Below are positions 30,437-32,000 of a DNA stretch of 32,000 bases, piece by piece. The stretch's first letter is position 1. The number at the start of each line of letters is the position of its first letter. The DNA lies in NCBI GenBank assembly GCA_049606355.1, contig JBMYVL010000007.1, positions 91,723 through 123,722 on the forward strand, read 5' to 3'. The DNA comes from Opitutales bacterium (GTDB taxonomy: Bacteria > Verrucomicrobiota > Verrucomicrobiia > Opitutales > Coraliomargaritaceae). The notes beneath the pieces are model-generated. The model did not search any database. It saw nothing but the letters and a program-made list of their open reading frames with translations, and was not told the DNA's origin. The translations under genes and the position numbers were made by a program.

Positions 30437-30520
30437 CGGCGCCCCTTTTTGCTGCATATAAAGCCCCTGCGATTTTTTAGCGTGCCAGCGCCGCCGAAGT
30501 ACAATTCTATCCAAAACCCT

Positions 30521-31336
30521 ATGAAAACCTTTATATGTAGCAGCCTCATGGTCCTATTCAGCGCGATCGCCTCTGGCGCGGATACGATTGTAATCATGGG
30601 TTCGGATACGATTGGCTCAAAACTCGCCGTACAACTAGCCGAGGCCTATCGCACCAAAATGGAGGCACGCGACGCTGAAGTTGCCTTTGAAATCTCCTCC
30701 GAAGGCACCCTCACCGCATTAGCTTCATTGATTGAAGGCAAGACCGACATCGGCATGGCTTCGCGCGCGCCGAGTCCCAAAGAACGCGCAAAAGCTGAAG
30801 CACACGGGGTCGACTTGCGTGCGATTACGGTCGCCCACGATGCCATCGCAATCATCGTCCATGCGAGCAATCCGATCGAATCCATACGCCTGCAGGACCT
30901 CGAAATGATTTATTCCGGAGAGGTACAGGACTGGTCGGGAATCACACCGCTGCACGTCGGCCCGATCTCTGCCTACACACGCAACACCGCATCCGGCACT
31001 TATAGCATCCTACAGCAAGTTGCCATGGCCTCGCGCGACTATGGTGAAAACACCCAAAAGATGGCTGGCAACGAGCTCATTGCGACTGAAGTCGCGAAGA
31101 ATCCGCATGGTATTGGCTATGTTGGCTTGGCTTACAGCCAGACCCCCGGCGTCAAAGCGATTCCCATTGAGGGCAGATCGGTGACAAACGTGGACTACCC
31201 ACTGCGCCGCGACCTGAAGTTTCTGATCAATGGCAATGTCCGCCTCAACGCGATGAGCAACGACTTTATTGGCTTCACCCTAAGCCCCGAAGGGCAACAA
31301 ATCGTGCGGCAGGTCAACTTTATGTCAGTCTACTAA
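30521..31336 (+). CDS. PstS-family periplasmic phosphate-binding protein (orphan; no pstCAB adjacent)
   Basis: The ATG at 30521 gives the signal peptide MKTFICSSLMVLFSAIASGA. Motifs: GSDTIGSKLA, SSEGTLTALASLIEGKTDIGMASR, RNTASGTYS, GIGYVGLAY. The track start at 30449 is TTG and adds a non-signal leader, so I reject it. Confidence 0.8.
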   Translation: MKTFICSSLMVLFSAIASGADTIVIMGSDTIGSKLAVQLAEAYRTKMEARDAEVAFEISSEGTLTALASLIEGKTDIGMASRAPSPKERAKAEAHGVDLRAITVAHDAIAIIVHASNPIESIRLQDLEMIYSGEVQDWSGITPLHVGPISAYTRNTASGTYSILQQVAMASRDYGENTQKMAGNELIATEVAKNPHGIGYVGLAYSQTPGVKAIPIEGRSVTNVDYPLRRDLKFLINGNVRLNAMSNDFIGFTLSPEGQQIVRQVNFMSVY

Positions 31337-31345
31337 GCGGCAGCA

Positions 31346-31377
31346 AAAAGCCCGGAGCGCAGACACGCTCCGGGCTT
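31346..31377 (-). terminator. Intrinsic terminator between the convergent pstS-like and porin genes
   Basis: AAGCCCGGAGCG-(6 nt)-CGCUCCGGGCUU forms a 12-bp perfect stem. On the minus strand it is followed by UUUUUG. On the plus strand the same hairpin lacks a U-tract. Confidence 0.8.
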
Positions 31378-31408
31378 GAAAACTTAGCTTCTCACGAAGC
31401 CCTACGGA

Positions 31409-32000
31409 CTACCAGAGGATTTGCACGCGACTGCGGAAGCCCTCGATTTCATCCTCAGCACCAGCGTCATTGTCTGCCTCGGCGATTTCGTAACCAAGCA
31501 TCAGGCTGACGGCCTTGTTGTGGTAGTAGTTCACCCCGAAGTAGTAGGAATCGAGCTCACTTTCGACACCATTCGCTGCGAACGTCTGATTTTCTTCAAG
31601 ACCACCAATTGAAGTTTTTGGCGCACGACGGATCAGTTCGTCGGTATCGATCTCAAAACCGTCAGATTTAAGGTGAGAGTAACGGAATACCGGCTCAAAC
31701 TTGTCCATCGCGTAGGCCACCCGCACGGAGTAGCCGTCTACATCCCCAGCCTGATCGAGGTCGCCGTTGAAGTACTCCCCAAGAATGTCGAAATTATCAA
31801 AGTCGTAATTTACATACGCGGTGTAAGCACTGACGTCTTCGCCCACCACGTCGTTATTCGACTGCTGTCCGGCATCCAAGCCGAGTTTAAGGTCATCCTG
31901 CTTCCACTGCAGGCGACCAAAAGCGGCCATATCATTGTCGGCGTTGGACGCACCAAGTAGCTTTGAACCCTCACCTTGTGCGGCATTGACCACCGCCGCG
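31409..32000 (-). CDS. Outer-membrane porin, phosphate-selective OprO/OprP-like; N-terminus beyond the window edge
   Basis: Alternating beta-strand pattern: YSVRVAYAM, FEPVFRYSHL, YYFGVNYYHNKAVSLMLGYEIAE, GFRSRVQILW with an aromatic C-terminus. The frame stays open upstream of the track start at 31993 to the window end. Confidence 0.6.
   Translation of the reverse strand, partial: AAVVNAAQGEGSKLLGASNADNDMAAFGRLQWKQDDLKLGLDAGQQSNNDVVGEDVSAYTAYVNYDFDNFDILGEYFNGDLDQAGDVDGYSVRVAYAMDKFEPVFRYSHLKSDGFEIDTDELIRRAPKTSIGGLEENQTFAANGVESELDSYYFGVNYYHNKAVSLMLGYEIAEADNDAGAEDEIEGFRSRVQILW

Overview
This is a gene-dense, mostly housekeeping chromosomal window with moderate GC by eye. Protein styles tentatively suggest a PVC/Verrucomicrobiota-like bacterium, but that is inference only. 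All family calls come from motif recognition by eye; no searches were run.

Gene order, left to right:
- gmd-fcl (GDP-fucose synthesis), minus strand.
- A 638-nt non-coding gap.
- hemH, a HemX/YpjD-like membrane protein, and hemA (heme cluster), plus strand.
- A soluble PAS histidine kinase and a stand-alone coaB, minus strand.
- A polytopic membrane protein, plus strand.
- gltA, hisH-hisB-hisC-hisD, guaA, a 77-aa membrane-anchored zinc-ribbon ORF and smc, all minus strand.
- A LOG-family protein, kpsF, and an AsmA-like anchor protein.
- A five-gene, translationally coupled PilM/N/O/P-like plus secretin operon, minus strand.
- A 31-aa bS22-like micro-ORF (missed by the ORF track), an RluA-like pseudouridine synthase, rpsT, and a class A RNase P RNA (rnpB, also missed by the track), all minus strand.
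- A phosphate module: a divergent PiT-like transporter, an orphan PstS-like binding protein and an OprO/P-like porin, which runs off the window edge.

I saw no CRISPR array, transposase, integrase, tRNA or rRNA.

The best candidate for something poorly described is the pilMNOPQ-shaped operon. Its cytoplasmic actin-like component appears to have lost the nucleotide-binding motifs, and its secretin carries an unusual 88-aa C-terminal tail. Secondary items:
- the bS22-like micro-ORF;
- the smc-coupled zinc-ribbon ORF;
- a Cys-rich insertion in ferrochelatase;
- a short HemA;
- the PstCAB-less phosphate module.
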